In this document: one piece after another, positions 34,080 to 43,997 of the stretch
Position numbering within the stretch: position 1 is the stretch's first letter
Layout: the number at the start of each line of letters is the position of its first letter
Source of the DNA: a virus
DNA: 64,000 bases
Direction: 5' to 3' (one strand)
Virus record (IMG/VR): IMGVR_UViG_3300025132_007963
Coordinates: 32,001 to 96,000 of that record
Position numbers and translations under genes: made by a program
Notes under the pieces: model-generated
The model's input: only the letters and a program-made list of their open reading frames with translations
Told to the model about the DNA's origin: nothing
Database searches by the model: none

Positions 34080-37000
34080 TCAGCTTACGCCAGAACCAGA
34101 CAAGAAAGTAATTGTAAGTATATCATCGCTATCTAATGCTAGCGCTTCAGCCAAAAGGACCTTGTGAGCATTAGCACTACCGGTATTAATACGATAATCC
34201 GCACTTGTTGGACCATGCGCATTTGAACCAGGATGATCAGGATGTAACAACACACCATTCAAGTATACCATTAAGGAACCTGATGCTGGTTGTGAACTCA
34301 ACGATGCTGTTGTATATGGCGTTGGAACAGCATGTGATGCAAACATACCCTTAGTAGGTGCAGAGCCACTGATATTAGAACCATCAGCTCTAACGTGTGC
34401 TTGTCTTACGAAGCCAACACTCAATCTACCAGAAGCATACACCAAACCACCATGAGCATCAGCGTTGTTTTGAATAATATCCTTAGCCAACTTAGCCTTG
34501 GTGACCGAAGTTGCTGCTAGTTTACCAGTTGTAATTGCACTATCGACAATAGCCGCTGTGACAATAGAACCAGTTTGAACGTTATCCTGAGTTACAATAC
34601 CTGTACCATGTAGCTTATCAGTAGTAACCTGGAAGAAAGTACCGGCTGCGCCAGATACTGTCGTTGTACCAGTGATTGTAGCAGAGGTTACAGCCTCTAC
34701 TGCAGTCAAAGTACCACCGACACCCACGTTATCACCAAACGAAGCAGATACACCGTAAATAACAGCGAATTGCTTAGTTGCTGAGCCTAAGTTAACCTTT
34801 TCATCATTCTGAGGCACAAGGTTCGATATAAGGCCGGCTTGTATATTAAGGTCATCACTGTTTGCAGTACCAATCATCACTCCATTTGATGCAGTAATAC
34901 TATTAGCAGTTATACCGCCTAGGGTCGCATCATCAGCAAGGAGATCATGTGCTCTAACAGTTGAACCAGACAAGCTAGTCGAGGTCAAGGCACCGCGAAG
35001 AGCAAGGTGGCCTGCTTCTAGTCTCTTAGCTTGGATCAAAGACCCAGAGATAGAGCCAGTAACACCAAAGCGCATACCTGCAGTACCTAGAGCTGCGATT
35101 GTTGCACTACCTGATTCAAAACTAGCACCAGCTTGGCCATCAACATTGACAATAAGAGCATCACCAGTGACAGTTCTAGATCCCAAAGTCAAAGACATGA
35201 GAGGACTAGAGCCCGTACCTTGAACACCCACGGTGCCGCCAATTTGAAAACCTGCGCCGACATGATCGCCTGCCTTAGAACCAGAAACACCTGCGATGAT
35301 CAAATTATCTTTAATCTCTAAGGAGTCTTTAGTTACAGTTCTCGATACAATAGTGTCAACATCTAAAGAAGTAATCTTTGCAAAAGACGCAGTAATTGCA
35401 GTTGCAACAACTGTATCAATGTTACCAGTATCAATGTGAGCTGCAGCAAATTGCTTTGTAGAACTACCCAAGCTAACTTGACTATCATTTTGTGGAACAA
35501 AGTTTGATACAAGACCAGCTTGAATATTCAAGTCATCACTAGCTGCATTACCAATCATCATGCCACCTGAACCTGTGAATGATACCGCAGTAATTTGTGA
35601 TATCACACCCTTATCGGCTGTGACAGTCTCTGTGGTGATAGCAGAACCAGAAATAGTTCCTGCTGAAGTTACACCCTCTATCGCAGTTAGTGTTCCACCG
35701 ACGCCAACATTGTCACCAAACGAAGCAGATACGCCATAAATAACAGCGAATTGCTTGGTTGCTGAACCAAGGTTGACTTTTTCATCATTTTGCGGAACAA
35801 GATTTGATACAAGACCAGCTTGGATGTTCAAGTCATCACTGTTTGCAGTACCAATCATAACACCATTTGAAGCTGTCAAGCTGTTAACAGTTGTACCACC
35901 AAGCGTTACATCATCAGCTGTAAGATCATGGAACGTTGCAGCAGAACCTGAAACACCCTCTATCGCAGTTAGTGTTCCACCGACGCCAACATTGTCGCCA
36001 AAAGAAGCAGATACGCCATAAACAACAGCGAATTGCTTGGTTGCCGAACCAAGGTTGACTTTTTCATCATTTTGAGGAACGAGGTTTGATATAAGGCCAG
36101 CTTGGATATTCAAATCATCACTGTTTGCAGTACCGATCATTACTCCGTTTGAAGCAGTCAAACTGTTAACAGTTGTACCACCAAGTGTTACATCATCTGC
36201 AGAGAGATCATGGAACGTTGCAGCAGAACCAGATACAGTTGCAATAGCGGTTATAGAACCATCAGCAAAAGTAACCTGAGTTGTGCCAAGTTTTTGAAAT
36301 TCAAAAGATCCAGAGCCTGCATCAAGTTGCAAGAAAGAGCCTGAAATTCTAATCGAACTTTCTTCTTTTTCTGCAAATCTCTTAAAACCTTGAATGAAGC
36401 CCATAAATCTAGATCCAGTAGGTGCATTACGTGCTTGGAAATAAATCTTAGCGTTATTGCTAGCTGTGATATGCGCACCATCAGTTTGGAATTGTAAGAT
36501 ACCACCGAGACCACCTGCAGAGTTAAACTGCAAAGACCCAGAAGTACCACCGACAGCAGAACCACTATTAACGTAGTTCTTAAGATCACCTAGCTTTAAG
36601 GCATGCATATTGGAGCTGTCGGAATTATCACCGACTGCTAAAATATCAGCGTCCTGAAGATCTACAAGGTAATCACCAGTACCAATGTTACCGGCAAAGT
36701 TTAGGTGCTCAATCTCAACAGAGCCTGACGCTATCTTATCTCTAGTTATTGAACTAACTCCTAACTGTTTTGTCTGCACGGAGCCCGTTGCCAATTGATC
36801 CATTCCAATCTGGCCGGTACCGATTAGTTTTTTACCTATAAATGTTCTCGCCATTATTTCTTCTCCTGATCCTCCGCCGCCGCCGCCACCGCCGCCGCCA
36901 GCTGGAAAGTTAAAACTAAAAACACGTGTCATGCCACCGTTGTTTGCGCCTGCATTATAATCTGCGCCTGCAACAGCCATAGCTGAACCATCATACTTAA

Positions 37001-38153
37001 CCGACTGGTGTGAGTAATAACTATAATACGTCCTTTGAAAAAGTTCATTATTTGCATTATTAAGTGTACCGGTAATTACAGTTCTTTTCCAGTCGGCTGA
37101 AGTATGATACTCCCAAGCTGTTAGTTGCACTGGAAAAGCGTTATTTTCAAAGCCATGGCCGCACTTCTCTAAGATATAAAACCTATTACCGTCATTTGGG
37201 TCTGGCTCAATTGCTCTAAGATTCCATGGAAAAATATTTTCTTCTACACTAACAAAATCACCCGTAGCATCTGGTAATAGCGCGGCACCGCCAGACCCAG
37301 ACACAAATTTAAATAAATCTATCGTAGTTGGGGTTGGCAGTTGGGATATGCCACTACTATGAATATAAGGATTTTGTCCATCAGGTGATTTAATTGCTAA
37401 AAGGGTATTACTACCTGTATGGTAATACATACCAGCACCAAGGTATTCATTGGTATCACCCTGAATCGCTTCTTGGAAAGCCCAGTGGCTAGAGTTTGTT
37501 CCATCCGTGCCGTCAACTTGGCGATAATACCAAATACGGCCCCTATTACTACCACCACCGTAATCCTCGCCAATCACTATTTCAGTATCACTTATCCACT
37601 GTGATCCCTGAACGTCGGCATTACTAATATTAATTAAATCGTCTGGATCCGACCAGGAGTCACCGGAAGCATCATAGATAGAAATATTAATGTCATCTTC
37701 ACCAACTGCTGTGATGAGCAATTTATTTTTACTTGGATTTAACTTTAATGAATATTGTGATCCATAACTTTTATCATCGAGATCACCGACATCTGTAACC
37801 GTCCAGCCATCACTAGCCGTAACAAAACGAAACAAAGCATCGGTGCCTGTAGTGTTGGTTGTTGCTAAAAATTCATTATCACTAACAAAAACCATCGAAT
37901 CTATTCTTGCTGACGTGGAGCCATTGAGGGTTGGTACCAAAGATGGGCCTAAAAATGTGTACCCACTTGCACCTGATTGATAAATATCAATACCTTTTTT
38001 GTTTTCATTATTTGCTTTTTGAGTTGGTATAAATAATTTATCACCGCTAGGATTAAAATACCCACCCATATATGATGATCCCGCATGGGGACCATGAATG
38101 TTGACAAAGCTTATTGTACCCTGCTCCACAGAAGAACTTACTGAGTAAGCCAT
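34080..38153 (-). CDS. large virion fibre/appendage protein (propeller-like N-domain, poly-Gly linker, repeated beta-rich shaft)
   Basis: 1357 aa, Gly/Ser/Thr-rich, 94-aa internal repeats, C-terminal VYLNGV-type small domain. Confidence 0.7.
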   Translation of the reverse strand: MAYSVSSSVEQGTISFVNIHGPHAGSSYMGGYFNPSGDKLFIPTQKANNENKKGIDIYQSGASGYTFLGPSLVPTLNGSTSARIDSMVFVSDNEFLATTNTTGTDALFRFVTASDGWTVTDVGDLDDKSYGSQYSLKLNPSKNKLLITAVGEDDINISIYDASGDSWSDPDDLINISNADVQGSQWISDTEIVIGEDYGGGSNRGRIWYYRQVDGTDGTNSSHWAFQEAIQGDTNEYLGAGMYYHTGSNTLLAIKSPDGQNPYIHSSGISQLPTPTTIDLFKFVSGSGGAALLPDATGDFVSVEENIFPWNLRAIEPDPNDGNRFYILEKCGHGFENNAFPVQLTAWEYHTSADWKRTVITGTLNNANNELFQRTYYSYYSHQSVKYDGSAMAVAGADYNAGANNGGMTRVFSFNFPAGGGGGGGGGGSGEEIMARTFIGKKLIGTGQIGMDQLATGSVQTKQLGVSSITRDKIASGSVEIEHLNFAGNIGTGDYLVDLQDADILAVGDNSDSSNMHALKLGDLKNYVNSGSAVGGTSGSLQFNSAGGLGGILQFQTDGAHITASNNAKIYFQARNAPTGSRFMGFIQGFKRFAEKEESSIRISGSFLQLDAGSGSFEFQKLGTTQVTFADGSITAIATVSGSAATFHDLSADDVTLGGTTVNSLTASNGVMIGTANSDDLNIQAGLISNLVPQNDEKVNLGSATKQFAVVYGVSASFGDNVGVGGTLTAIEGVSGSAATFHDLTADDVTLGGTTVNSLTASNGVMIGTANSDDLNIQAGLVSNLVPQNDEKVNLGSATKQFAVIYGVSASFGDNVGVGGTLTAIEGVTSAGTISGSAITTETVTADKGVISQITAVSFTGSGGMMIGNAASDDLNIQAGLVSNFVPQNDSQVSLGSSTKQFAAAHIDTGNIDTVVATAITASFAKITSLDVDTIVSRTVTKDSLEIKDNLIIAGVSGSKAGDHVGAGFQIGGTVGVQGTGSSPLMSLTLGSRTVTGDALIVNVDGQAGASFESGSATIAALGTAGMRFGVTGSISGSLIQAKRLEAGHLALRGALTSTSLSGSTVRAHDLLADDATLGGITANSITASNGVMIGTANSDDLNIQAGLISNLVPQNDEKVNLGSATKQFAVIYGVSASFGDNVGVGGTLTAVEAVTSATITGTTTVSGAAGTFFQVTTDKLHGTGIVTQDNVQTGSIVTAAIVDSAITTGKLAATSVTKAKLAKDIIQNNADAHGGLVYASGRLSVGFVRQAHVRADGSNISGSAPTKGMFASHAVPTPYTTASLSSQPASGSLMVYLNGVLLHPDHPGSNAHGPTSADYRINTGSANAHKVLLAEALALDSDDILTITFLSGSGVS
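34689..34970. repeat. dispersed copy of the 282-nt fibre repeat
   Basis: Encodes SGSTVRAHDL...GGTLTAVEAV. Confidence 0.9.
35670..36233. repeat. 2 x 282-nt tandem repeat in the fibre gene
   Basis: Two 94-aa units SGSAATFHDL...GGTLTAIEGV, nearly identical. Confidence 0.95.
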
Positions 38154-38284
38154 TCCATCTCCTCCTCTTTCAAATTAAGAACGCCTCTAAAAGAAGGTTA
38201 ACTTTAAATTTAATTTAATTAACGGACGAACAGGATATGTGTAAAATAACTGGGCGAGACGCGCTTGGAAATAAATCTTAGCGT

Positions 38285-38518
38285 TTACGAAAATAATACT
38301 TTTTTAAGATTTCTGACAATATTGTCAAATTTGCAAAAATCTGAACTTAAAAATTCAAAAGATAGATCTTTGCATTGATCATCGACTTCTTCAAATTCAA
38401 AATGAAATCTACCATTTTGCCTTCTTTCACATCGCAATAGTTTAAAGCCCTTCAACTGGAGATAAGCTGCGATACCTATGTCAGATGTAATGAACGTTTC
38501 TGTTGTGTTTTCTTTCAT
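38285..38518 (-). CDS. small DUF5659-like protein
   Basis: FITSDIGIAAYLQLKGFKL...RFHFEF. Confidence 0.65.
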   Translation of the reverse strand: MKENTTETFITSDIGIAAYLQLKGFKLLRCERRQNGRFHFEFEEVDDQCKDLSFEFLSSDFCKFDNIVRNLKKVLFS

Positions 38519-38579
38519 GCTTTTTTCCTTATCTCCTAAAATAAACTACTTTTAATAATTAGCACAACAATACTCAAAA

Positions 38580-39002
38580 TTACAATTTTTTAAAAGCGGC
38601 TTTTTGTGTTTCATCCTCCGGCAACACTAATTCATAGTCTGAATTTGGGTCACAGCCAATATTTTCCTTTAAATCGTTTATAAAACTGAGTAAATCATCT
38701 TGATTTTTCTCAATTTCATTAAGCAAGCTACTTTTATCAAGTTCAAAATTTTGTACTAACAAACCTATTTTAAGAACTAAATTTGTTGTTCTGTCTCTTC
38801 TTTTAGCGATTTTGTAAAAGTCTCCATGCTCTAATTCGATGTAAGAATCGTCAAATTCTTCCTCTGGTTCTGGTTCTTCGATTTCCTCATCAGCATCTTC
38901 CTCTATTAATGCATCGAGGGCTTTTCCCGCTTTATCGTGAAATTCAGGGTTTTCTTGCTTTAGTGTCTCTAGCAAGTTTATTAGTTTATCCATTGCAGAC
39001 AT
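38580..39002 (-). CDS. acidic hypothetical protein
   Basis: 140-aa ORF with RBS (AAAGGAG). Confidence 0.7.
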   Translation of the reverse strand: MSAMDKLINLLETLKQENPEFHDKAGKALDALIEEDADEEIEEPEPEEEFDDSYIELEHGDFYKIAKRRDRTTNLVLKIGLLVQNFELDKSSLLNEIEKNQDDLLSFINDLKENIGCDPNSDYELVLPEDETQKAAFKKL

Positions 39003-39016
39003 AATTTTCTCCTTTA

Positions 39017-40276
39017 TTATTTTGATGATATAATGTAGCTAATTAGCATATTTTCATCGACGTCTGGTGCTTCAGCAAATTGTATCATTGAATCGTTTAC
39101 TATTATATAGTCATCGGCTTGGCCGGGTTTCATTAAAATTCCATCTCTAAATACCATTTCTGAACCGCTAACAAATGTATGAAAAGTAACAAATCTTGTT
39201 GTTGAATTGTCCCCAACTCCACCTGCTGGAATTTTAAATTCAGTTCTTGCAATATAATTATCTGTTGTGATCGGATTACCACTGGTAAACGAAGTGCCGG
39301 TGTCTACTTTCTTGTTTACCAAGGGTGGGCCTGGTCTTGTATCTGACGACAATATGAATTGCTGCTCGTCCACTAGTTTTAAACTAGCTAACCCAGCGAG
39401 GCCATAATACCTACCCTCTTCGAATTCAGGCTCGTCTCCAAAAACTATTCTCTCTCTTGGTATTTTTACCGAAACTGCGTTTTCTCTTATCGCATACCTT
39501 GGCTGCTCTTGGTTGCCTTTTTCTCCAATAAGATATGCTAAGACTTTGATCTCTATCGTTGTCTCTACTTTTCTTTCCTCGTTTGTAAAAGAGTTATAGT
39601 TATTGTTTTGATTAAAATCCTGTTGTATAAACCCCTCATACCTATGGTTTTCTTTCTCTATTAAAATATAATTAACGCCGCCTGGTTTTGTGATAAACGG
39701 TGTCACAACATCATTCATTTGTTCTTGATATTCTGTTCTAATATTAATTTTATATGTTACTTCGACATAAACTGGCAATGGGATAGATACAGTTTCATAA
39801 ACTATTTTATTTGGTCGATAACCAGGAAAGTTCACTTGGCCTTTTCTTCTTTGACTTTCTGCATTTATAAAGTTTGAAGTTTTGTCATGCTTTATTCGTC
39901 TAGCTACTCTAATCGAGCCACCTTTTTCATCTGCTACCGGGACGACATTGCCCCATATTGAACCTTTTTTTGACAAATCTTTTGCAACATTAGTTCTTTC
40001 TATAGAAATAATCGGCAATATTAAAGCGCCTGTTGAATCTCTAAATAATCTGTCTTTTTTCGCAGAAAAGCCTCTTTCTGGCGATACCCATACCACAGGA
40101 ACTCTTTCAAAACCTTTGTGTGTTGTTGTAAAAATATTTAATTTATTTTCAACATAATCTAACATAGCGGCATCTACGTTATCAATAGTTGACGGAGCAA
40201 ATGGGATTGATTTTGTATAAGTTGATGGAACTTGGCTTGGTAAAAGACCCTTCCTTTCATCTAGTTTTCTCTTCAT
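39017..40276 (-). CDS. tail completion/terminator-like protein (paralog 1) with extra C-terminal domain
   Basis: VPVVWVSPER, LILPIISIER, QEQMNDVV; C-terminal VFRDGILMKPG domain. Confidence 0.65.
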   Translation of the reverse strand: MKRKLDERKGLLPSQVPSTYTKSIPFAPSTIDNVDAAMLDYVENKLNIFTTTHKGFERVPVVWVSPERGFSAKKDRLFRDSTGALILPIISIERTNVAKDLSKKGSIWGNVVPVADEKGGSIRVARRIKHDKTSNFINAESQRRKGQVNFPGYRPNKIVYETVSIPLPVYVEVTYKINIRTEYQEQMNDVVTPFITKPGGVNYILIEKENHRYEGFIQQDFNQNNNYNSFTNEERKVETTIEIKVLAYLIGEKGNQEQPRYAIRENAVSVKIPRERIVFGDEPEFEEGRYYGLAGLASLKLVDEQQFILSSDTRPGPPLVNKKVDTGTSFTSGNPITTDNYIARTEFKIPAGGVGDNSTTRFVTFHTFVSGSEMVFRDGILMKPGQADDYIIVNDSMIQFAEAPDVDENMLISYIISSK

Positions 40277-41148
40277 TCGTTTGAATCCTCTGGTATTCCA
40301 GACAAGCCATAAAATGATCCACCATCATTCTCTAATTCATCATTAAATACTATCCTTTCTCTTGGAATTTTAACTTCCACTGAGCTTTCTCTAAAAACAA
40401 AATTTGGATTTGTTCTGTTTTTATCTTCTCCTAGTAGATATCCCAAAACTTCTATATTTATTTTTGTCTCAATTTTTCTTTCATCATCTGTAAAGGAGGT
40501 ATAGTTATTGTTTTGTGCAAAAACCTCTCTTATGAAGCCTTCGTATCTATGGTTTTGATTTTTTAAAAGAATATAATTTATACCACCTGGCACAGTTGCA
40601 AAAGGTGTGATTATTTCATTCATTTGTTGTTGATATTCTGTTCGAATGGTAATCTCATAATTTGCAACAATATAAACTGGGATTGGTATCGTTACTGTTT
40701 CATAGACAACCTTTTTATAATTCGAATTTGGGAAATTTATCCTACCTTTTGATTTTTTTGTTTTTGCATTTACAAAATTTGATGTCTTTTGATGGTTGAT
40801 TCTTCTAGCAACCGGTATTGTACCGCCCTTCTCATCGTCAACAGGCAATACATTCCCCCAAACAGTACCCTTCTTTGAAAGAGACTTTGTTACGCTTGTT
40901 CTTTCAATAGTTATTAGTGGTAAAATTAAAGTTCCGGTGTTATCTCTTACTTGCGAATCTTTCTTGCTCTGAAATGGTCGCTCAGCTCCGGACCAAACCA
41001 CTGGGACTTTTGTCCATCCTTTATTTGTTGTCGCAAAAAGGTTTAACTCTTCGTCAATGTATCTAATCATTGACTTGTCTATGTTTTCAATTGTTGATAT
41101 TGGAAACGGTATATCTTTTAATCTTTCCAAGTTATTATTAAGTGGCAT
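40273..41148 (-). CDS. tail completion/terminator-like protein (paralog 2)
   Basis: VPVVWSGAER, LILPLITIER, QQQMNEII. Start reassigned to MPLNNN at 41148; track start is 41232. Confidence 0.65.
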   Translation of the reverse strand: MPLNNNLERLKDIPFPISTIENIDKSMIRYIDEELNLFATTNKGWTKVPVVWSGAERPFQSKKDSQVRDNTGTLILPLITIERTSVTKSLSKKGTVWGNVLPVDDEKGGTIPVARRINHQKTSNFVNAKTKKSKGRINFPNSNYKKVVYETVTIPIPVYIVANYEITIRTEYQQQMNEIITPFATVPGGINYILLKNQNHRYEGFIREVFAQNNNYTSFTDDERKIETKINIEVLGYLLGEDKNRTNPNFVFRESSVEVKIPRERIVFNDELENDGGSFYGLSGIPEDSNE

Positions 41149-41626
41149 CAAATAACCCCTCGCGAGCCTTGACGCACTCAGCGCTAATTTCCATTTGATG
41201 GTTAATTTGACCAAATATTTGCTTTGGCTCATTTAAAGTAGTTATTTCGTAATAGCTATCTCCGTAAGCCACAAAATCACCTTCCCTGACAAACAAATCT
41301 TGATCTTCTGTAAGTCTTCTTTTGTGAAAATGAACAGTGATTTTTGATTTTCTATCCACACCCAAATTTGTAGTCTCGGTTTCGTACCCTTGCCACTCAA
41401 CAAGAGCATAGACCCTGATCGGATTAAAAAATGTCTTTTTTATGGCCTCTCCATAAATAGGATGATAGTCAGTATGCTCTAGACTTATCGGATAGTACAA
41501 GAGTTGTTGGCCAATGACGTTTTCAATAAGTTCATCATTAACTTGCTTAACATAATCCCTCTCCTTTTTGCCCAAAAAGAGCGGAGGAGGTGGTTTTTTA
41601 GGTTGTGACCATTTGTTATCAGCCAT
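41138..41626 (-). CDS. neck/head-closure protein (gp14-like)
   Basis: ELIENVIGQ, YGEAIKK, VREGDFV.YG..YYEI; follows the gp13-like gene. Confidence 0.75.
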   Translation of the reverse strand: MADNKWSQPKKPPPPLFLGKKERDYVKQVNDELIENVIGQQLLYYPISLEHTDYHPIYGEAIKKTFFNPIRVYALVEWQGYETETTNLGVDRKSKITVHFHKRRLTEDQDLFVREGDFVAYGDSYYEITTLNEPKQIFGQINHQMEISAECVKAREGLFDAT

Positions 41627-41630
41627 TTAG

Positions 41631-42920
41631 TTACCCCACATATACCGTCAAAGGAACTTTCTCATGTACTTTAACCGATGCATCCATTAAATCCGCATCA
41701 TTTTGTGCCAGTCTAGAGTAAGTCATCTCTGATAGTGTTGTCTTAAGCTCTTCTCTTAGTGTCTGCTGTTCTGATTGAGCTTGAGCAATTAGATCTGAAC
41801 CGTTTAGGGTCACTGATTCTCCTGGTATTGGTATTGTTGCAAACTTACTTCTTATTTGGCCTAGCATTTCTTTGCATAAAGCCAGTGCAAATCTTCTGAT
41901 CCACTGTTTACCAATGCTATTAATGCTATTAAAAGGCAAATTAGCGAAAGGCAAAGTGTTCATATTGTTAATTCCATTTACCTCTTGTCCATTATCATCA
42001 AATGGGTCAGTAGGAATAGAAAATTGTACCCACATCTTAGTTGGTGAATGAAGATTTGGAATTGGAAAAATTCTTAATTTATTGTTTTTTATCTCATAAG
42101 ACCAGTGAGACATTCTAGTATATATTGCATCCTCGAAAGCCAAAGCTTGAGCCTTATTTTGCCAGGCCGGGATTAATTCAAAAGTAGATTGATCTGAGAA
42201 TTGTCCATAATTATGAAAATTACCTACAACGTTTAGACCGCCATAATAGCCAAAAAATCTCCACATCGCGTGTGGTGTCTTATAGAAAACTTTTTTAACA
42301 ATTATTTTTTTGTTTTTAACTTTTTGGAAATAATCCAAAGCGCTATTAGACGCTGCAGAAGATGAAACAATATACTGTAGATCATAATCTTGAACACTAG
42401 CCGTTAGTTCAAAAGATGCTGAATATTCTGTGTTTGCTCTGCCTAGGCCAATCTCTGCTGCTGCAGCTTCGGCTGAAGTCCTAGCATAACCAAAATCAAA
42501 TTTTGGAAATTTTAAGCTAGCATGACTACCATCCAGAGATGATGACAGGCTTGTATCTCCTGTAGACTTCAAGTTACCTAAATGATCGAAAGCTCCTGTC
42601 GAATGGCCAAGATAAGAAGATAGCGAATTGTTTGCTTGGTGAACATTTATAATATATGAATATTCTAAAACAGCCTCTTCGTATGCAGAATATACGTTTG
42701 CTGTTGTTAGTTCAATGTCTAGAACATCGCCGCCAAGCTTACGAAAGACATGCGTTACTTGGTCTGCAGCGCCCGATAAGAAATTTGAATCAAATAAAGG
42801 TGAAGTCGTATTAGAGTAAACCTTATATGGCAATGCTGAATTAACATCACCAACATTTCCGGTTACCGGCAAAACTGTGCTACTAGTGCTACTAGCAGGA
42901 CTTAAATTAGTCGTAGACAT
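41631..42920 (-). CDS. neck protein (gp13-like head-tail adaptor)
   Basis: RKLGGDVLDIELT, QWIRRFALAL.KEMLGQIRSKF, LNGSDL. Confidence 0.8.
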   Translation of the reverse strand: MSTTNLSPASSTSSTVLPVTGNVGDVNSALPYKVYSNTTSPLFDSNFLSGAADQVTHVFRKLGGDVLDIELTTANVYSAYEEAVLEYSYIINVHQANNSLSSYLGHSTGAFDHLGNLKSTGDTSLSSSLDGSHASLKFPKFDFGYARTSAEAAAAEIGLGRANTEYSASFELTASVQDYDLQYIVSSSAASNSALDYFQKVKNKKIIVKKVFYKTPHAMWRFFGYYGGLNVVGNFHNYGQFSDQSTFELIPAWQNKAQALAFEDAIYTRMSHWSYEIKNNKLRIFPIPNLHSPTKMWVQFSIPTDPFDDNGQEVNGINNMNTLPFANLPFNSINSIGKQWIRRFALALCKEMLGQIRSKFATIPIPGESVTLNGSDLIAQAQSEQQTLREELKTTLSEMTYSRLAQNDADLMDASVKVHEKVPLTVYVG

Positions 42921-42946
42921 TCATGGATCCTCCGGTTATTTATCTC

Positions 42947-42954
42947 TAAATAGT
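42947..42954 (-). promoter_or_regulatory. candidate late promoter motif ACTATTTA
   Basis: 27 nt upstream of the neck gene start. Confidence 0.6.
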
Positions 42955-42986
42955 CAAAACAAACAGGAAAAAACCACAATGTTATT

Positions 42987-43319
42987 TTAAACCTCTGAGG
43001 GATCGTCCGATAAAATGTCTTTTAAATTCCGAAAAGTACTAGTCTCTGTTTTCTTTACTGTCTCTTTAACTTTAGGCTTACTAGGCCTTCTTCTTTTTGT
43101 TGTTTTTGGTTTAGGTAGCGGTGGAGCAGTCTCCACAACTGGCTCTACTGGTTTTGGTGGTTCTGAAACCTTTACCTCAACCGGCTTCTCCTTCACCACG
43201 GGCGCCACGGTAGGCGCTGACAAAACAACCTCTTCAGTGTCTTTGCGCAAATTTGCACGTAGTGCGTGAGCCTTAAGTGCAAACTTGGGACTTCTCATTT
43301 TTCTAGCTTTTTTTCCCAT
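42987..43319 (-). CDS. Lys/Pro-rich small protein
   Basis: 110 aa, basic and low complexity; GGAGG RBS. Confidence 0.7.
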   Translation of the reverse strand: MGKKARKMRSPKFALKAHALRANLRKDTEEVVLSAPTVAPVVKEKPVEVKVSEPPKPVEPVVETAPPLPKPKTTKRRRPSKPKVKETVKKTETSTFRNLKDILSDDPSEV

Positions 43320-43337
43320 TGAACTAACCTCCTTACA

Positions 43338-43345
43338 TAACTAGT
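43338..43345 (-). promoter_or_regulatory. candidate late promoter motif ACTAGTTA
   Basis: 19 nt upstream of 43319, just after a terminator. Confidence 0.55.
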
Positions 43346-43353
43346 AATTAAAC

Positions 43354-43387
43354 AAAGAAAAGCCCCCGTCCCGAAGGACAGGGAGCT
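43354..43387 (-). terminator. intrinsic terminator with cUUCGg loop
   Basis: AGCTCCCTGTCC-TTCG-GGACGGGGGCT followed by TTTCTTT. Confidence 0.88.
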
Positions 43388-43408
43388 AAGTTAACTAATC
43401 TACAACAT

Positions 43409-43942
43409 TCAAGCAGGAGTGAAGCCATCAGCAGCATTGGTAATATTAATCGCACTGGCAGTTAAAACACTACCATTGATATACCAATCAGTGCCGTCGC
43501 ATTCAACCTCTAAAAAGTCACCTACTGTTGCTGCACCGTCATTTGAATCAATCGCAACAGCTGAAGTAGCACTGGTAACTTCAACATGTGCACCATTCAC
43601 AATAATGGATCCGTTGATATCAACGCTATCACTGTTTGTATTAAGCAAAAAGTCCTTCGTAGCTTCGTTATCACTAGCAACACTCATAACAAATTTGTAA
43701 TGTAACCCAGCTGCAGGAGCTGGTAGTGTGCAAACAACACTTACAGTGCTGATATCGCAAAAAAATGTTTTACCAGAATCTGCAGCTGTAAGGGTCTTTG
43801 TTGGCGAAGCCACTGAACCTACCGTGCTTAGTGTTTCTACAGAAGTGCTAACACCCGAAAGTGTTGCATTTCCCAACGCTAAGTCTCTTTTCAAATTTTC
43901 AATTAATGCCTCTACTCTCGCAAGGCCAATTCTTCTACTCAT
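43409..43942 (-). CDS. putative head decoration/structural protein, paralog A
   Basis: MSRRIGLARVEALIENLKRDL; start reassigned to 43942 by AGGAG RBS and alignment to paralog B. Confidence 0.65.
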   Translation of the reverse strand: MSRRIGLARVEALIENLKRDLALGNATLSGVSTSVETLSTVGSVASPTKTLTAADSGKTFFCDISTVSVVCTLPAPAAGLHYKFVMSVASDNEATKDFLLNTNSDSVDINGSIIVNGAHVEVTSATSAVAIDSNDGAATVGDFLEVECDGTDWYINGSVLTASAINITNAADGFTPA

Positions 43943-43997
43943 AATTATATTCTCCTTCCTATTGAGTTTTATACGCAATGTCTAAAACACAAACTTA

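Noticed and set aside
34689-36233. Possible diversity-generating retroelement TR/VR pair
   Set aside because: All copies are in frame in one gene, the differences I checked are not adenine-specific, and no reverse transcriptase is in the window.
38154-38284. 130-nt gap upstream of the fibre gene as a possible ncRNA
   Set aside because: No convincing stem or known motif by eye; left uncalled.
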